A DNA stretch of 64,000 nt, from NCBI RefSeq assembly GCF_009914755.1, contig NC_060947.1; one strand, written 5' to 3'. The translations under genes were made by a program, and so were the position numbers. Positions within the stretch are counted from its first letter, which is position 1; every line of letters starts with the position of its first letter. Below are positions 17,086-32,359 of the stretch, in pieces. The notes beneath the pieces are model-generated. The model was not told the origin of the DNA. It saw only the letters and a program-made list of their open reading frames with translations, and made no database searches. Source of the DNA: the human T2T-CHM13v2.0 reference genome, Homo sapiens.

Positions 17086-17935
17086 TAAGTCAGGAATTCT
17101 TAATCTGTCATGTATAAACTGGACTTCCTTTTTGAGGGTCACAGACCCTTTAGAGAATCTGATGAGCACAACATATTTTTGTCTAAATAAGTTCATACAC
17201 ATGGGCTTTTGTATACAATTTGAGAGGGTACCAGGGGTGTAGAGACATAGTGTTCATCAGCCTTTCAAAGGGATCTGTGATCCAAAAAAGTTAAGAACCA
17301 CATGCTCAAGTGCTTTGGAAGTAATAGGTCATAATGTCTTACTGCAAGTGGGTGGCTTTTGACAGGAAATAAAGGTTTCACCCAAAGAGCAGAAGATGAG
17401 GCATTTCCTCCCAAATAAAAGCTCCCAATAAGAGCAAGTGAAAAGGCAACTGGGAGATCCTAATATAGAAGCTCATCATAGACTGAAATTTAAAATCAAG
17501 CCTTCCTCATTAGGAATGGAAAGAGAAAAATAAAAATGGCAATAATAATGAGGATACTAATCAATATTTATTGATTGCCTACTATGTGTCAGGCACTATT
17601 TAGTTCTAATAAAACAAGGGATAGGGAAATTAACAGCAAACTGCCATCAGAAAGTAGCCATAATGACTTCCATTTGCATAGCATTCTCAGTTAAGTGACT
17701 TGCCTAATTCTCGTAAGGGACAGAGCTGGAGCTTCAATCCGGATTTTTGCCCCACCACATGCCTTTGATTTGCTCCTTCGGGCCAGCCTGAATTGGTGCT
17801 CGGTTTATAATTAGTTTTCTCAGTGATGCCCAAAACAACCCGGATGGCTGTCTCACCACATATGGAGATGCAACTAGGATATCAATCTAATTTTATGGAT
17901 TTTAAAACAGACGGAGAATTGGGGACTATACTTAC

Positions 17936-18060
17936 CACTGTCTTTGACTGCCTTTGCAGCCCTGAAACTGTGCTAGAAACTGCTCCCTGTGGGTTTGTCT
18001 GAGAAGTATTAGCAGCACTAAGAGAAGAGGAACGTCCACATGGTCTTTCTGATAGCTGAT
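17936..18060 (-). CDS. ARHGEF6: ARHGEF6 coding exon 4 (CH-SH3 linker)
   Basis: 125 nt, (D)QLSERPCGRSSSLSAANTSQTNPQGAVSSTVSGLQRQSKTV; acceptor ttttcacag|, donor GTG|GTAAGT; phase fits exon 3. Confidence 0.96.
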
Positions 18061-20220
18061 CTGTGAAAAGAGGAAAAGGCATGTTAAAGGAACCACTCAG
18101 ATCAGAAAAACATCTACCGCATAACATTATCTTTCTCAGGATACTATCAGAGGCATCCTGGCTGTAATTCTAACTGTTATCATTATGAACATGCCAAGTG
18201 TATTTCAATCCCCCTTCCCTTTTTGGTGGCCAACTTCCTGTTCTTAACCTTACTGGCCATCGTGCTCCAGTAGAATGAAAAACAGCGACAGAACCACATT
18301 TTCTCTTAACCATTTCCCTACAACTCTTCCCTCCTGAACCAGTTGCAACAGTATGCCCTGTTATCCAAGGCAGAACTATATTGGGTACCAAACAGCTGTT
18401 TGTGGCTCTTATTACTTTGAAATATTTCAAATTTCTCTCTTTGTTTTTTGGCCCATAACTCAGTGGCTCATTTCTTACTCACACGTAACAATATGTGTGG
18501 CATATATGATGTAAAATCTCCCTGATGTGTGTGGGGCAGGGTGGAGAATGAGAGTGAAAGAGAAGATGTGTTTGGGAAAGATGTAATCTTGATACTAGAA
18601 TAATTTTTTTAACAATCAGATTCAAGAGTCTTCTCTTCCTTGAAACCTTGTGAAATTCGACCAGGCCAGAGCTGAGCTGGATGTTTTCAGTTTGTTGAGA
18701 GTATACAAAAGAGAGGAGCTGGCTTCTTGACAAATTTCAATAAGGGTTCTTTTCCTCTCCATTTATTTTTAAAAGATATAAACTGCAAAAGTCTAAAGCC
18801 CAAACATTCCCTAGGCGACAAGCTCAGTATCCAAGTAATTTCCTTGATGCTGTGGGTTTTAACTTTCACCTCCTTGTATTTTATAAATATCTGTGGCAAG
18901 GGAAGAGACTGTAAAACTTGCTAGGAGAGTTTGGCAAAGGAACGTATAATTTGTGTGGCATAATGTTAGAATTACACGATCCTCCCTGACTAGAACTGGA
19001 TAGTTGTCATGTGTGTTAAATATAGTTACTTGAATTAGCTGTACTTTCAGCTATACGCCTTGCAATAGCTCAAAAGCATTTTTTTTTCCAAATAGCAAAA
19101 GAACAACTTTGGAGAAGTATTTTTACTTGTATTGCTATTATATACAGCTCTTTTGACAAAAACTATAATTACTCGATAGCTTCCTAGATGCTCTAACCTA
19201 TTTGGCACTTGATTATATTGTCTGCTCTTGTCCTCTAATTGTTTCACGTGGGTAAGTTGAGTCTCCTTAAATAGACAGTAATTTTCTCAAAGGCAGGGAC
19301 CATAGCTTTGACATTTTTTGTAGCACCTGGCGATGCTGGGCACACAGCCTCTTGACTCTACAACAGTTTGAGCAGCAAGCCTCGTGCTTGGGCATAAGGG
19401 CTCTGTAGTCATTCAGATGTGGGTCTGAATCCCAACTCAGCGACTAACTTTCTAGTTGGGCAACTGTTGGCCTGACTTTCCTTATCTGTAATATGGACCT
19501 AATAATAATAATACCTACCCCCAGTGTTGTTTCAAGGATTGGATGAGATCACCTGTGGCTCTTATGACAGCCTAGATCCAGGGCAAGAGCTCAAAGCATT
19601 TTAAGTATGATTATTACTATTCAGCTGTTGGTAAAATATACCAGGGAAGGAGTGAAGCTACATTCTAAGTGTATCATCATTTTCTTCACATTTACTAGCA
19701 TTTATATTTAATACCTCTAGTGTGGTAGGTGTTAAACATTTAAATAAAAGATATTATTTTCACTCCCTATGACCCCAAGATTTCATTTTTGGTGCAAGGC
19801 TACTGAGGGGTTCCTTTACATGGACAAAGGCATACATAAAACAATGAGAAAAATATGTCTCTAGTGGGGAAAGGGAAGTGACGGCTGTATTTTGTAAACT
19901 CTATGAAAAAGGGAACTGGTCTTTCCTTTTTCTTCTCTGTTTTGTTATACTCAGTTGGTGATTCAGAGCTTTGAATGGAATAGTTTCTTAGTTCTTATCA
20001 TTATATTAAGGGCATTAGAATAACATCTATGATAGGTATATTTTAAATCCTAAGCCATGAAAAATTCAAGCATTTGACATTTGTTGGGGTGTATTTGGGG
20101 GAGCAAGGGGAAAATTTGCATCACGAGAACAATCCTGGCCAGAGTTGGCTCCTAGGGTAATCACAAACACATGGATTCAAAAATGTCACCCAGAACATAT
20201 AAATCACAAGCCCGGCTTAC

Positions 20221-20305
20221 CTTCTGTTGCTTTGTTGACAGCTAAAAGAGTACTCAGTACCTTGGAGAAATTGACCCCTGAATAAAGGTCATCAGGATCA
20301 AATAT
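20221..20305 (-). CDS. ARHGEF6: ARHGEF6 coding exon 3 (end of CH domain)
   Basis: 85 nt, [28 protein letters not shown] plus 1 nt; acceptor ttctcatag|, donor AAG|GTAAG. Confidence 0.96.
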
Positions 20306-23300
20306 CTATGAGAAAGGAAAATTGAAACCGTAAGACACTACAAGTATTCAACTCAACAAACAAAACTATCAAAAGGCCACTTCCTCCAGCTCTCCGGAAA
20401 AAAAAAAAAAAAAAAAAAGTGTAGAAGCCAAGACACAAACCTCCATATACCTTTGGGAGAAATGAGAGCAGCAGTTGAGCCGCCTAATGACATGTGGCAG
20501 GCCATCAGTGAGTCAGAGCAAAGCAGTAATGGGAAATGAGAGCCAAGCTGAGAAGGCAGCGCCCACCAGGAAATAAACAGTGCATACTCAGACCCACTCT
20601 TCTGGCCTGAATGTATCAATAGTTTCAGCCCAGTTACAGGAAGCTCATATGCATGGGTTACAATCAATGCCCATCACCTACATAATGTCCTCGACAGTCC
20701 ATAAATAAGGAGGTGGAGCCTTTTTGACATGGTTGCATCTGTACAGTTTATTAGCTGTGCCTAGTTGAGTCACTGTCAAAAGTGCCTTTTTCTCTGCTCT
20801 CCTTCCTCCCAACTGCCACCCGCTGCATCCCAACTGCCTAGGATCCCAATTCCATGTTGCCCAAACTTTCTGCCCAGGTCTGCCTTTTGCTCCCAGCTTC
20901 AGTTCTGTTTCTGCTGTTTGACCTTGCCCCTCTCAGCTCATCATGAATTCAAGTATTTGCCTGCCTGGGCCTATGGGCTCTTCCTGGCTTTAGATGACTT
21001 TCCCAAATATGACCTCTGGCCTGTCTAATACTACTCAACTCTTGGCAAAAAACACATTAAGGAAATACATTTCACTTTACCAGTCAACTGTCAATCTGAT
21101 ATGCTATTGTCCCCAGTGAAGATACCAATCAGATGTTGTTTTCAATACAATTTACCTGTTACCTTTGAAATGTAGTCAGTGTGTTAAAATATATTGAGTC
21201 TCAAATATGTATATTTGAAATTAGAAGTGTTCTCATGCACAGGTACAATCTATTAATTTGCCAGCCAACAATGTAAGTATGCATATCTGAAGGTAACCAG
21301 ATGCCCACCTTCTGGATGGAAATGCCCCTTCTAAAAACATTTTGTTCCAGGATGTCTAGAAGTCTCTTAAAGAAAACAGATTGCATCATTTTTTCCCCAA
21401 ATGTGGTGATGGAAATAAAATGTACCTTTTCATATGGGACATGATTGGTAATGGGCATAGGATTTTAAAGGGTCTGTCTTCCCATTAGGTAGAGCCATTT
21501 GTTCCATTTTTAAGCTGCATATTTTCTGGGAACCATATCAAGACAAATTTCTATCTTTTTTGTACATGTTCTTGAAAACCTATAATCTGTTTTTAGAGTG
21601 AAAATATATAATATCAATTTTTCACGTTTTGGGGGGTCAATAAAGATACATGCAAATGCAAACCTACACAAGTCTGCCTATTCTAGGATTCACTGCTTTA
21701 TTCATTTAATCAATGAATATTTTGCATTCAAAGTTAAAATGACCAAAAAGCCCAGATGCATCTAAAAATGAGACATTAATATATTTCTGGTAAAAGAGTA
21801 ATGCTAATATTACTAAAGAGTTAAACAACAACACATTCCAAATATATTTCTGAATGCTACAATATAAAATTCAAACTTTTCCAGAAATACATTGACAAGA
21901 GTTTTGTTTTAGTTTGTCAAAGCCTGGGTGAACAAGAGGCAATAGACTAGAGAGAGTGTCTAGTATCTCCGGGGATTTCAGACTTATTGAGTCTCCCTTA
22001 GAACTGATCAACTGGGAAAATGTTAATGACATGTATGCCAAAATAGTAGCAAAGCAAAAAAAATCACTTGTTTTTAGCCCATCAGTCCTAATGGGAGTGT
22101 GCATGTGTGTGTGCATGTGGATACATGTTTTGGGTGGGTGTGGTAGAGATGAGTAGATCTAAAATAATAAGCAGAAGTTAAATATTAGCAGAATAAGGCA
22201 TGAGAGCAAAAGTTGTGATAAAAAACCTCTCCCTCTGGTTTTAGTTGTTCCTTATCCAGGGTTATTAAATGCCTATACATGGCAACACTGGTATTATTCA
22301 CTTGTACAAGTACTTGACTGATTTTGAAAATAAATAAACTAATCAGAAAATGAAATGTGCATCAAGAAGAGTCATTGCATCTGCTTGAGGGAAGTTTCCT
22401 GAACTGTACTCGGTTCTCTTTTGAGAAAACCCCAATATACTCAAGTTTATCCATGGACACTGTTCTTGCTGCAAGCCTATTCTGAGGCACTAGAAACTAC
22501 AGAGGAAGGAGTTGGAAGAAGCCTCTGGGAACTGCTAGAGAAAGCAACGCCTAAGCATTATTATTTCAGAGTAGCTGGAGAATCAGATACAACCACAAAC
22601 ACCCTTCACCACACTATACCTTCTAAGTCCTAAATTGAATGATATTGAAAATTCCACCCTAGATCTTTCTTCCATGCACTTCAGAGAGCTCCCCTATGAA
22701 AATGGAAATATTATCTGGAGGGATCACAACATTTTCAGCCACTATCAGTTATTTATGTCTTAGTGGAAATGAGCAGTGTGAGACCAAGTTTAGAGATGTT
22801 GATGTGGAGAAAGACTAAGGGCTCTGGTCCCCAAATAGGAGAAAGCAAAGGAGAATTCCCCAATGTAGAGAGGGTGTGAGAAGAACAAGGAAAGGTAGAT
22901 TAAAGTACAGACCACTTTTTCTAGGACTAATCCCACTCATTTATACATCCAAAATAGAGAACCAATTCCCTTTTCTGTCTGCAAAGCACTGGAACTTGTT
23001 AAAAAGGTAATGTAAATTTGCACATTTATGCTGTATGTAATTTTCCAAAGTCATTTTCAATGAAATTTTTCAAAGTCAAAGTCAAATCATGGCAAAGTCA
23101 TGATGATACTCATCTTCTAGTACCCTGTGCAAGCCTCACTAGTCTGTTCAGTGTCTCTGGTTTGTGACTGAGTCCCAGATTAGCTGAACTTTCTTTATAC
23201 CTATTTTGGTGCACAAAAAGCCAGTTAGTTCCAGTTAGATCCGTGAAGGTCAGATGAACAGCAGGATTCCCTCCCTCCATTCATCTTACCACTACTGTGA

Positions 23301-23450
23301 CTCAGACAAGAAAAAAGTATTACTTCTTAGACTACGGCTAGATGGTGTCAAGGTATCATTCCTGCAATCAGATGATGCAATGTTCAAATCTAACAACAAT
23401 AAAAACATTTACTCTAACCAATAGGACAGACAGGGATTAAACTTTATTAA

Positions 23451-23850
<400 letters not shown>

Positions 23851-24217
23851 AGACATTTAATTTTTAAATGTTTCCCTACAGCTTTTTATTCTAGATATCC
23901 CCAATGACAGCAAAACCTATTTGCAAACCACTAAACACCAGGTGTTAATTGTGAATTATTGGGGATCTGCCAATGTAAACTGCAAGAAGTTAATATTTCT
24001 ATAGCATTACAAATAGAACCTTTTGGAGTAGTTCTCAGTTTCAACATGTATGCTATTTTATGACACTTTCCCTAAACTGCAAAAAGCCAGGAAGCATATG
24101 AGAATAAACTTTCCCAACTCCCTGTTCCATTCCCTCACTTATCTTATAGCTACTGTTTACTGATTTACTGAGCTCCTGCTATGTTCCTGGCACCACGCTT
24201 GGACATCACATACATAT

Positions 24218-24576
24218 TGCTATGATCTGAATGTTTGTGCCCTTCCCAAATTCATATGTTGAAACCTAATCACCAGTATAATGGTATTTGGAGGTGGTGG
24301 CATTTAGAGGTGATTAGATCATGAGGGCATAGCTCTCATGACTGGGATTGTTGACTTTATCCAAGAGGCCCCAGAGAGCTACCTTGTCCCTTCCACCATG
24401 TAAGGACATAGAGAGAAGGTACTATCTATGAATAGGGAAGTAGGCCCTCACCAGGATACTAAATATGTCTTGATCTTGGATTTCTGGCCTCCAGAACTAT
24501 GAGAAATACACTTCCATTGTTTATAAGCTACCTGGTTTATGGCTTTTTGTTCTGGTGGTCTGAACAGACTAAGATA
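24218..24576 (+). mobile_element. MLT1A-like MaLR LTR nested in a MIR
   Basis: TGCTATGATCTGAATGTTTGTG...GAACAGACTAAGATA; MIR-like sequence on both sides. Confidence 0.8.
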
Positions 24577-25174
24577 CAAATATATTTTTTTATTTGCATT
24601 TGATTCTCCCAGCAAGCCCATGATGTCAGTACAATTATTTTCCCCATTCCACGGATGAGTAAACTAAGACTCAGAGTAGTTAAGTCACAGGGCAGGAAAA
24701 TGATGGAGCCAATAAAGATACACAAGAAAATGCTCTGAGGGGCATTGTAGCCCTGCATGTACACCTTATGTTTCCATGAGACATAGAGAAAAAATGAAAA
24801 AGCAATCCATGAGTCTGTATGCGAAAAGAAATCCTTTGCTTCTGTCAATACAAGTAGCATCTGTATCATCTGCATCGAGTTTGTTATAGCCTCTAAAATG
24901 ATTAATTCAACTAATTGTAGCAAAGAGAAAATTTTCCATATTACAAGACTGTCTCCACAGGGGCCTTGCCTAATTCCTGTGCTGTCCTTCCCATTTCAAG
25001 GGTCAGCCTTCACCTAGGAGGCACTTGGCCACATTTGCCAAAAGAGGGGAAAAGCTACACTAAGCTCCTCCTATTTGTTGAACCAGGTCTGCCTCGTGAG
25101 CCACGATCCATATTTGTGAGGTCCTGGTCTGGTAGGGGTCCAGCTCGTGATTACAGAACCAAGCTAAAACATCT

Positions 25175-25246
25175 GTGCCACGTGCAATGACACCTAGCCT
25201 CCTGATTTTCTTGACATCATGCTCTAACCACCTGAGTTAACCAGTC
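25175..25246 (-). mobile_element. tRNA-Ile-like head of an ancient SINE
   Basis: Reverse complement GACTGGTTAACTCAGGTGGTTAGAGCATGATG resembles the tRNA-Ile 5' end GGCCGGTTAGCTCAGTTGGTTAGAGCGTGGTG; the 3' half is degenerate. Confidence 0.45.
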
Positions 25247-26985
25247 ACAGCAGTCTAGCCACATCTTAGTTAAGAAAAGAAGGCATACCCTACCCTGGTT
25301 CAGAACTGGTCATCTTTAATGTCATGTGGTTTCAGTAACACCCAATCAACTGCTATTTAAAGGTAATTTAAGGTTGGGGGTGATTATAATAGGTTCCATT
25401 ACTCAAGAGTTAAAAGTCTAATCAACTGAAAAGCAAGTGATACATTGGGACCACAAGGACATATAGCTTATATTTCAAGCCTGTTTTTTAAAAAAGATTC
25501 CAAATATTTAGGAACATTCCAGCTCTTCCTTGTTCTTATTGCTCTTATTGAACAAAATCTTAAATTAACTTAGCTCATCTTGAATCACATTCTTTAATTC
25601 TCACAGCTGAGCACACTGCCTCTGTTAACCCCTGAACTTTGGTGGAAATGTCATTACATAGTGCAACAGAGCAAGCAAATCTGAGCTGCTTAGTCATATT
25701 TCACTGGGTGGTACCGCTCCTGGCCCTGTGAACGTGATCTGGGATGTGTGCACATAGCTCCTACTAAAAGCAGTCACAAAGTCAGCAACAAATAATGCTC
25801 TTAGCTCAGAAATTGGATTCATTACCCACTGGTATTCCACTTACTAGAATATAGTGGATGGCATTTCTACTCTGCCTGGTTTTAAATAATAGCTGTTCCT
25901 ATTTGATATGGACCAAACTTAAGGGAGCAAATCTTGCTCTCAACTTTTATTTCCTCCCTTTCTCTCCAAGATCTAATTTGTGCCTGTAGCTGAAACAACA
26001 TACAGTGTATTGGAAAGAGCACTGATGTGAGAGTCAGAAGACTTTGACTCCAATCTCAGCTTTGTCACTATTGAGCAGTTGTGAGGACCTTAGGAAAGCA
26101 ACACTACCTTTATGAGGCTCCATTTCCCATCTGGAAAGTGTCTTTGAGCAAAGGAGCTCAGTGAGAGGTCTTGTGGTCCATCATCTAAATAGGAGCTTTT
26201 AAAGGCAGCATCTTGGCTGGGTCCCCAAGGCCCAGAATCAGGTCTTCAGTTCTCAAGGCTCTTGAGAATGGACTCACACTAGCCAAGCTCATAAAAGGCC
26301 AATGCATAAACCAAAAGGCCAATTTCTTAATTTTTACTAAAAATAAATGAAGCACTAAGAAGATTAAATACTCCCATTTTCTGGCCAGGGCACTCTCTCC
26401 CAATAGAGAAATCTCTCTGGTGAGCTAAATTATAATGAGAAATGTGTTGAGTACTACAGAATCAGAGCAAAGAGAGTCTAGGGTATTGCAGCCTAACATG
26501 CTTACAACCTGTTTACAAGCTGATTTTTCAAAATGTCATTTTTAAATGACCTATTTATAAATTCTGGCTTTATCTTGCTGCCACTGCATCGTGGCATTTG
26601 GACTGTGATCATGGACAGCTTTAACTCTCTATGTTTTCTTTTTGGCTCTGTGGATTTCTATAAAGTCACTTTACATAACTAATATGGACTCCTAGATTAC
26701 TCGAACCTCATAGAATCTAGAGCCAGGAAGTTCAGCTCCATGGAGCTCCTATGACAGAAGCCAAGATCTGAGCTTTCTCCCTCACTCTTCATTAAGTCAC
26801 AAATCTCATTCCCTGACGGCTACCTCAGCATCACCATAGGACTCCCATTCTTCCTTGTTAGCACTCCTATAGGGGAGAACCCCTTTCTCTATAACAGAGA
26901 CTTTAGTTGAGTATTAAGTGTTCAGGTAAGAGGGGAATGAATGAAGAACAATATAGGCATCTTAGTGGGGCCAGTCACAGGATTA

Positions 26986-27369
<384 letters not shown>

Positions 27370-29797
27370 TCACCAAAAAGAGAGTAGGCATGAAGGAAAG
27401 GGAAAAATGAAATATCTCTTGTCAATAGCCCTTGCCAAGCCAAGGACAGGAAGCAGGAGGCCTAGACTCAGCTGCCTCACAGTCAGCCAGCCATTGTGGC
27501 TTGGCGGGCTCCCACCCCTCCTCCTGTGCTCCTGTCACCAGAGCCTTTGCAAAAGCACACTGGTTGCCAGTTTTGCGGTGTGGGGTGGATGGGTGATCTC
27601 TCAGCTGCTGGAGCATCTGTGTGCCAGACATGAGGGTGTCTTCCCCAATGCCCCCACTCCCACCCCTTTAGAAACAGGGACTGACTCCCTAGTGTTCCAA
27701 ATTGGAATGCGGAACACATTTTCCCAGAAACAGCATCACACCTGCCACTTAGCCTCTGTGAGTTCTATAGTTCAGCCACATTAAGTATTCAACAGGCTGT
27801 TGTGGGCCAGCCAGAAAACATAATCACCGTGTTGAGCCTTGTTTCTATGGGAAAATGTTTTCTGTGTCCCTAATAATCACTTAAAAATGAACTTTTGGAA
27901 AATAATTTGTTTTTACATTGAAGAGTGGCCAGACATGTGTTCCCAAATCAATGTCCAACATCCTTTATGCTTTTTCCTTGTCCCTTCATATAAAAGATGA
28001 ACAAATGCCCTAGACATTCAGGGTACTATTTATTTTAGAACTCTTAGTGATGAGAGAATCAAGGTAAATATATGAAGTCCGTGAGAATACCCTCAGAAAT
28101 TTCAGTAGTCAGCAGCTCCTCCGTGCCTGTTTAACAATCCAGGCAGTTAGAGAGGAGCCTCACCTATGGAGAGAAGGCTCCCTTGGTCCCTGCTTTCCTA
28201 GCAGCTACTAAGATTTAGGGTAGGAGCCCCAGAGCCTACCAGAATTTACAGCAGAGACTGGTGGTAAATAGCCCCACACAAAGACTAGGGAGAAACGAGG
28301 GCCATGAAACAAAAGAGCCACTGCTAGTCGCCTTCAGCAGCAGCCCTTCCAAGTATCACCTGTTGCTATCCATAATGTCCTCACTGACCTACCTTCATGT
28401 TTCTTTTTTCCAAACAGCTACAGCTTTATAGTCTGTAGAGATGTTGTAAATTTAAGCTGTCAGTGGTCTATCAGCCCAATATTCTTTATTCATTATGCAG
28501 GTACTGAGATTAGTCCTGAATTTCCTATTAAAAGGTAGGCTCTTTGAAGTCCGCATTCCCCCACAGACCTGGCCCCAATATTCAACATACACGAAATACT
28601 TGATAAATAACCATTCATTGGTTGATTGACAGGATGCTCTGTCAGAGAGACTTATAAAGGTAAATTATGCCTAGAACGTAAGCCCCATGATGTCAATTTT
28701 TTTTTCACTTCTGGATCCTCAGTGTCTAGAAGAGTGCCTGTCACGCAGTAGGCACTCAATAGATATTTGGTTAATTAATGAGAGTTTAGCTGTTCTCATC
28801 AATAGATGATTAATCATACTTGAAGAAAAAGTATTGCAGAAAGTATAATAAACTCAGAAAGAGATATCACTTAGGAAAGAAAAAAAACAATCTCCACGCA
28901 ATTTTCCAGGAAACATGTAACATCTAAAATTAGATGTACCTGTGCTCATCAGCAAAATTAAGCTCTGTGACCACGAGGTGACCAAAGGTGCTTCAGACTC
29001 TACGGTTGTTAATTTTTTAAGTTGTGTGCTGAGTGTGGGCAACATCTGCAACTGCTTGCCTGTCCCAGGTAATAGAGGTTCCTCTAAATGCCATCACAAA
29101 GCACCATGACCTCATTATCATAGAGAAGAGAAGTTGCAAAGAACTGTGGGATTTTACTGCTTTTTCTGGAATTGGTTATATTTTCAACCGTTTTTGTTGT
29201 AAAACTGAATAAATGGCAAACACTACAAGCCACCCTCCCCTGTTCATGCCTATGCTCTAAAACTAGCTCCAACTCACAGCCAGAGCACAATGGGACACGG
29301 CAAAGCAACTCACCAGCAGCAAGAAGGGGTAACGTGTAATTGGAAAGACTACAATTCACATGCCCAAAATCCTCCTAACACCTGCTAAACTTGGAGGAAA
29401 GGATGCTGTGCCAAAGTTATTATTATTTTCTCTCTTTACTTAGAGATTACCTTCAGCCATTCATTTGGCAAAGACTTTTGGCTCTTCCCATTTATATATC
29501 TGTGTGATTCACTTTTTGAAAAGTATGTCATTTTCAGAGACACTCATCAATGCCTAACAGACATAAATTAATTAGTGAATCCTGCTCCAACTTACTCCAA
29601 ACAGGATTTGCACTTAGGAAACAATCCAAACACTGTTAGGTGGGCATTCAGGAGCTCAGATCTCACAGACATCAGAAATGGTGCTTTTAGTTAGCACTCA
29701 TGTCTCTCAAAACACAGCAAAGGCATCCAATAAAAAGCCTAATATAACCCAAGATCAAGTCCACCCTCTTCAGACTAGCATTCAAATTACTTCTCAA

Positions 29798-30130
<333 letters not shown>

Positions 30131-30742
30131 AATTTAAAATAATTTCTTCTCAAGCATCTCTAAGGTAGACCTTAGCAGGCCCATCGTTTCTCACCATCAT
30201 CTCCTTATATGCTCCAGAATCTTCTTTCTTCACTGTGCCTCTCTCTGACATTTATACTTCTCCTTCAGAAAGTTCCCTCAATCATCTGAATGCTAGCTAT
30301 CCTTCAGGGCCCAATCCAAATCACTCCCTTCCATGGTGTTTTCCCCAAACACTACGCCTCAGTACACAACAGGCTTCCCTATTTCTGAATTCCTCTTGCA
30401 TTTAGGCTCTAGATTCTGGAACCACTAACTTGGACACCTAACCATACACTGCTAAATGCTGTTAAATTCCACTCTTTCACACATACATGCTGCCTCTGTC
30501 CAATAGGCAGGAGCCCACAGTGCCAGGCATGGTGCTCACTTTACAGACATTGGACAAGTTCTTGCTAAGTGTCAGTTTTCTCTCCCAGTCTAAAATTCAA
30601 ACAGGTATGTCTTCCACCAGAAGCACCTGCCCTTTGGGCATGCCTTTCCGAGAAGGAAAGAGAGGAGGAAAAGGCAAATTTTTTAAAGTAGAATTTGATA
30701 AATCAAGGCTCATATATTTTCCATCACCTGCTAAAAATAAAT

Positions 30743-30744
<2 letters not shown>

Positions 30745-30785
<41 letters not shown>

Positions 30786-31067
30786 GGACGGAGTCTCGCT
30801 CTGTCGCCCAGGCTGGAGTGCAGTGGCGCCATCTCGGCTCACTACAAGCTCCGCCTCCTGGGTTCACGCCATTCTCCTGCCTCAGCCTCCTGAGTAGCTG
30901 GGACTACAGGCACGTGCCACCACGCCCGGCTAATTTTTTTGTATTTTTAGTAGAGACGAGGTCTCACCGTGTTAGCCAGGATGGTCTGGATCTCCTGACC
31001 TCGTGATCCGCCCGCCTCGGCCTCCGAAAGTGCTGGGATTAACAGGCGTGAGCCACTGCGCCCGGCC
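30745..31067 (-). mobile_element. AluY with a 40-nt pure poly(A) tail
   Basis: T40 at 30745-30784; AluY diagnostics; TSD AAAAATAAATT. Confidence 0.93.
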
Positions 31068-32060
31068 AAAAATAAATTATTTTTTTTTTAAGAATATGAT
31101 TTTAAAATGCTGACAAAGCATTTACCTCACCGAAAAGAAATGAAGTTACTGCCTGAGATCACTTTGGAGAAAATCACAGTCAGAGAATCCTCACATGAAG
31201 AGCTCACACCTTGAAAGCCCAGTGAAAGCAAGAGAGTTTCGGTAATAGAAGAAATAAGAAGTAGCCTAGAGACTGGAAAAGTAGAAAAAGGCTTCCATAT
31301 GACATCACAGGAGCTAGTATCTCACACCTTTAATTTTCTTTTTTTTAATTTTTAAAAAACTTGAAACAAGTACCCTAGCTTGGCATAAAGTAATGTTATC
31401 TTAGGGGAAACCCAGCTTTCTTTCTGTCCTCATTTTTACCCATTAAAGAGTCATTTTTATGAATAAAAGTCAACTCCTGACCATCTACATGTAGACTCTT
31501 AAATACACAAGCTATCTAAAATGAAATTTTAGAAGTTCATTTCCATTCAAATACCCATTCATTATCCATTCAACAAATATTTGTTGAACACCTGGTGTCT
31601 ATGCCAGGCAGTAATACATAAATTTGTTTTAAGATGAGAAATAAAAAGAACCCTATATAAAATCTGGCAAATGAAGTCACCCACAGGTACATTAGCCCTA
31701 AAACCATTTTCTATTCTGTTGTCTCTACTTGAAGGTGATTTTTTAATCTCAAATCAAGATTTGCCCCAATACACAACACACTCCCAAATACCAATCCTTC
31801 TTCAGAGAATGCAAAGTGGTTATACAAACAGTGTAAACGCTTATTTCCACTATCACAATGTATATTCTCACAAAAAAGTTGTTAAACTTCTTTTGTTAGT
31901 GAAAGACTGCAGTCTCCTGATCTGCATACATTTCTCAGAAATTATTAGTACATACCTCTCTTTTGCTGGAGACCTCCTCATGAAGAACATACAAATTAGT
32001 GTTCAGGCCTGCTTCACAGGCAGGGCTTTTCATAAATGATGTTAAGAGTTTGACACCTTA

Positions 32061-32359
<299 letters not shown>

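Noticed and set aside
23045-23100. Four CAAAGTCA motifs as a nuclear-receptor cluster
   Set aside because: Spacing is irregular and partly overlapping; compatible with slippage and unsupported without ChIP data.
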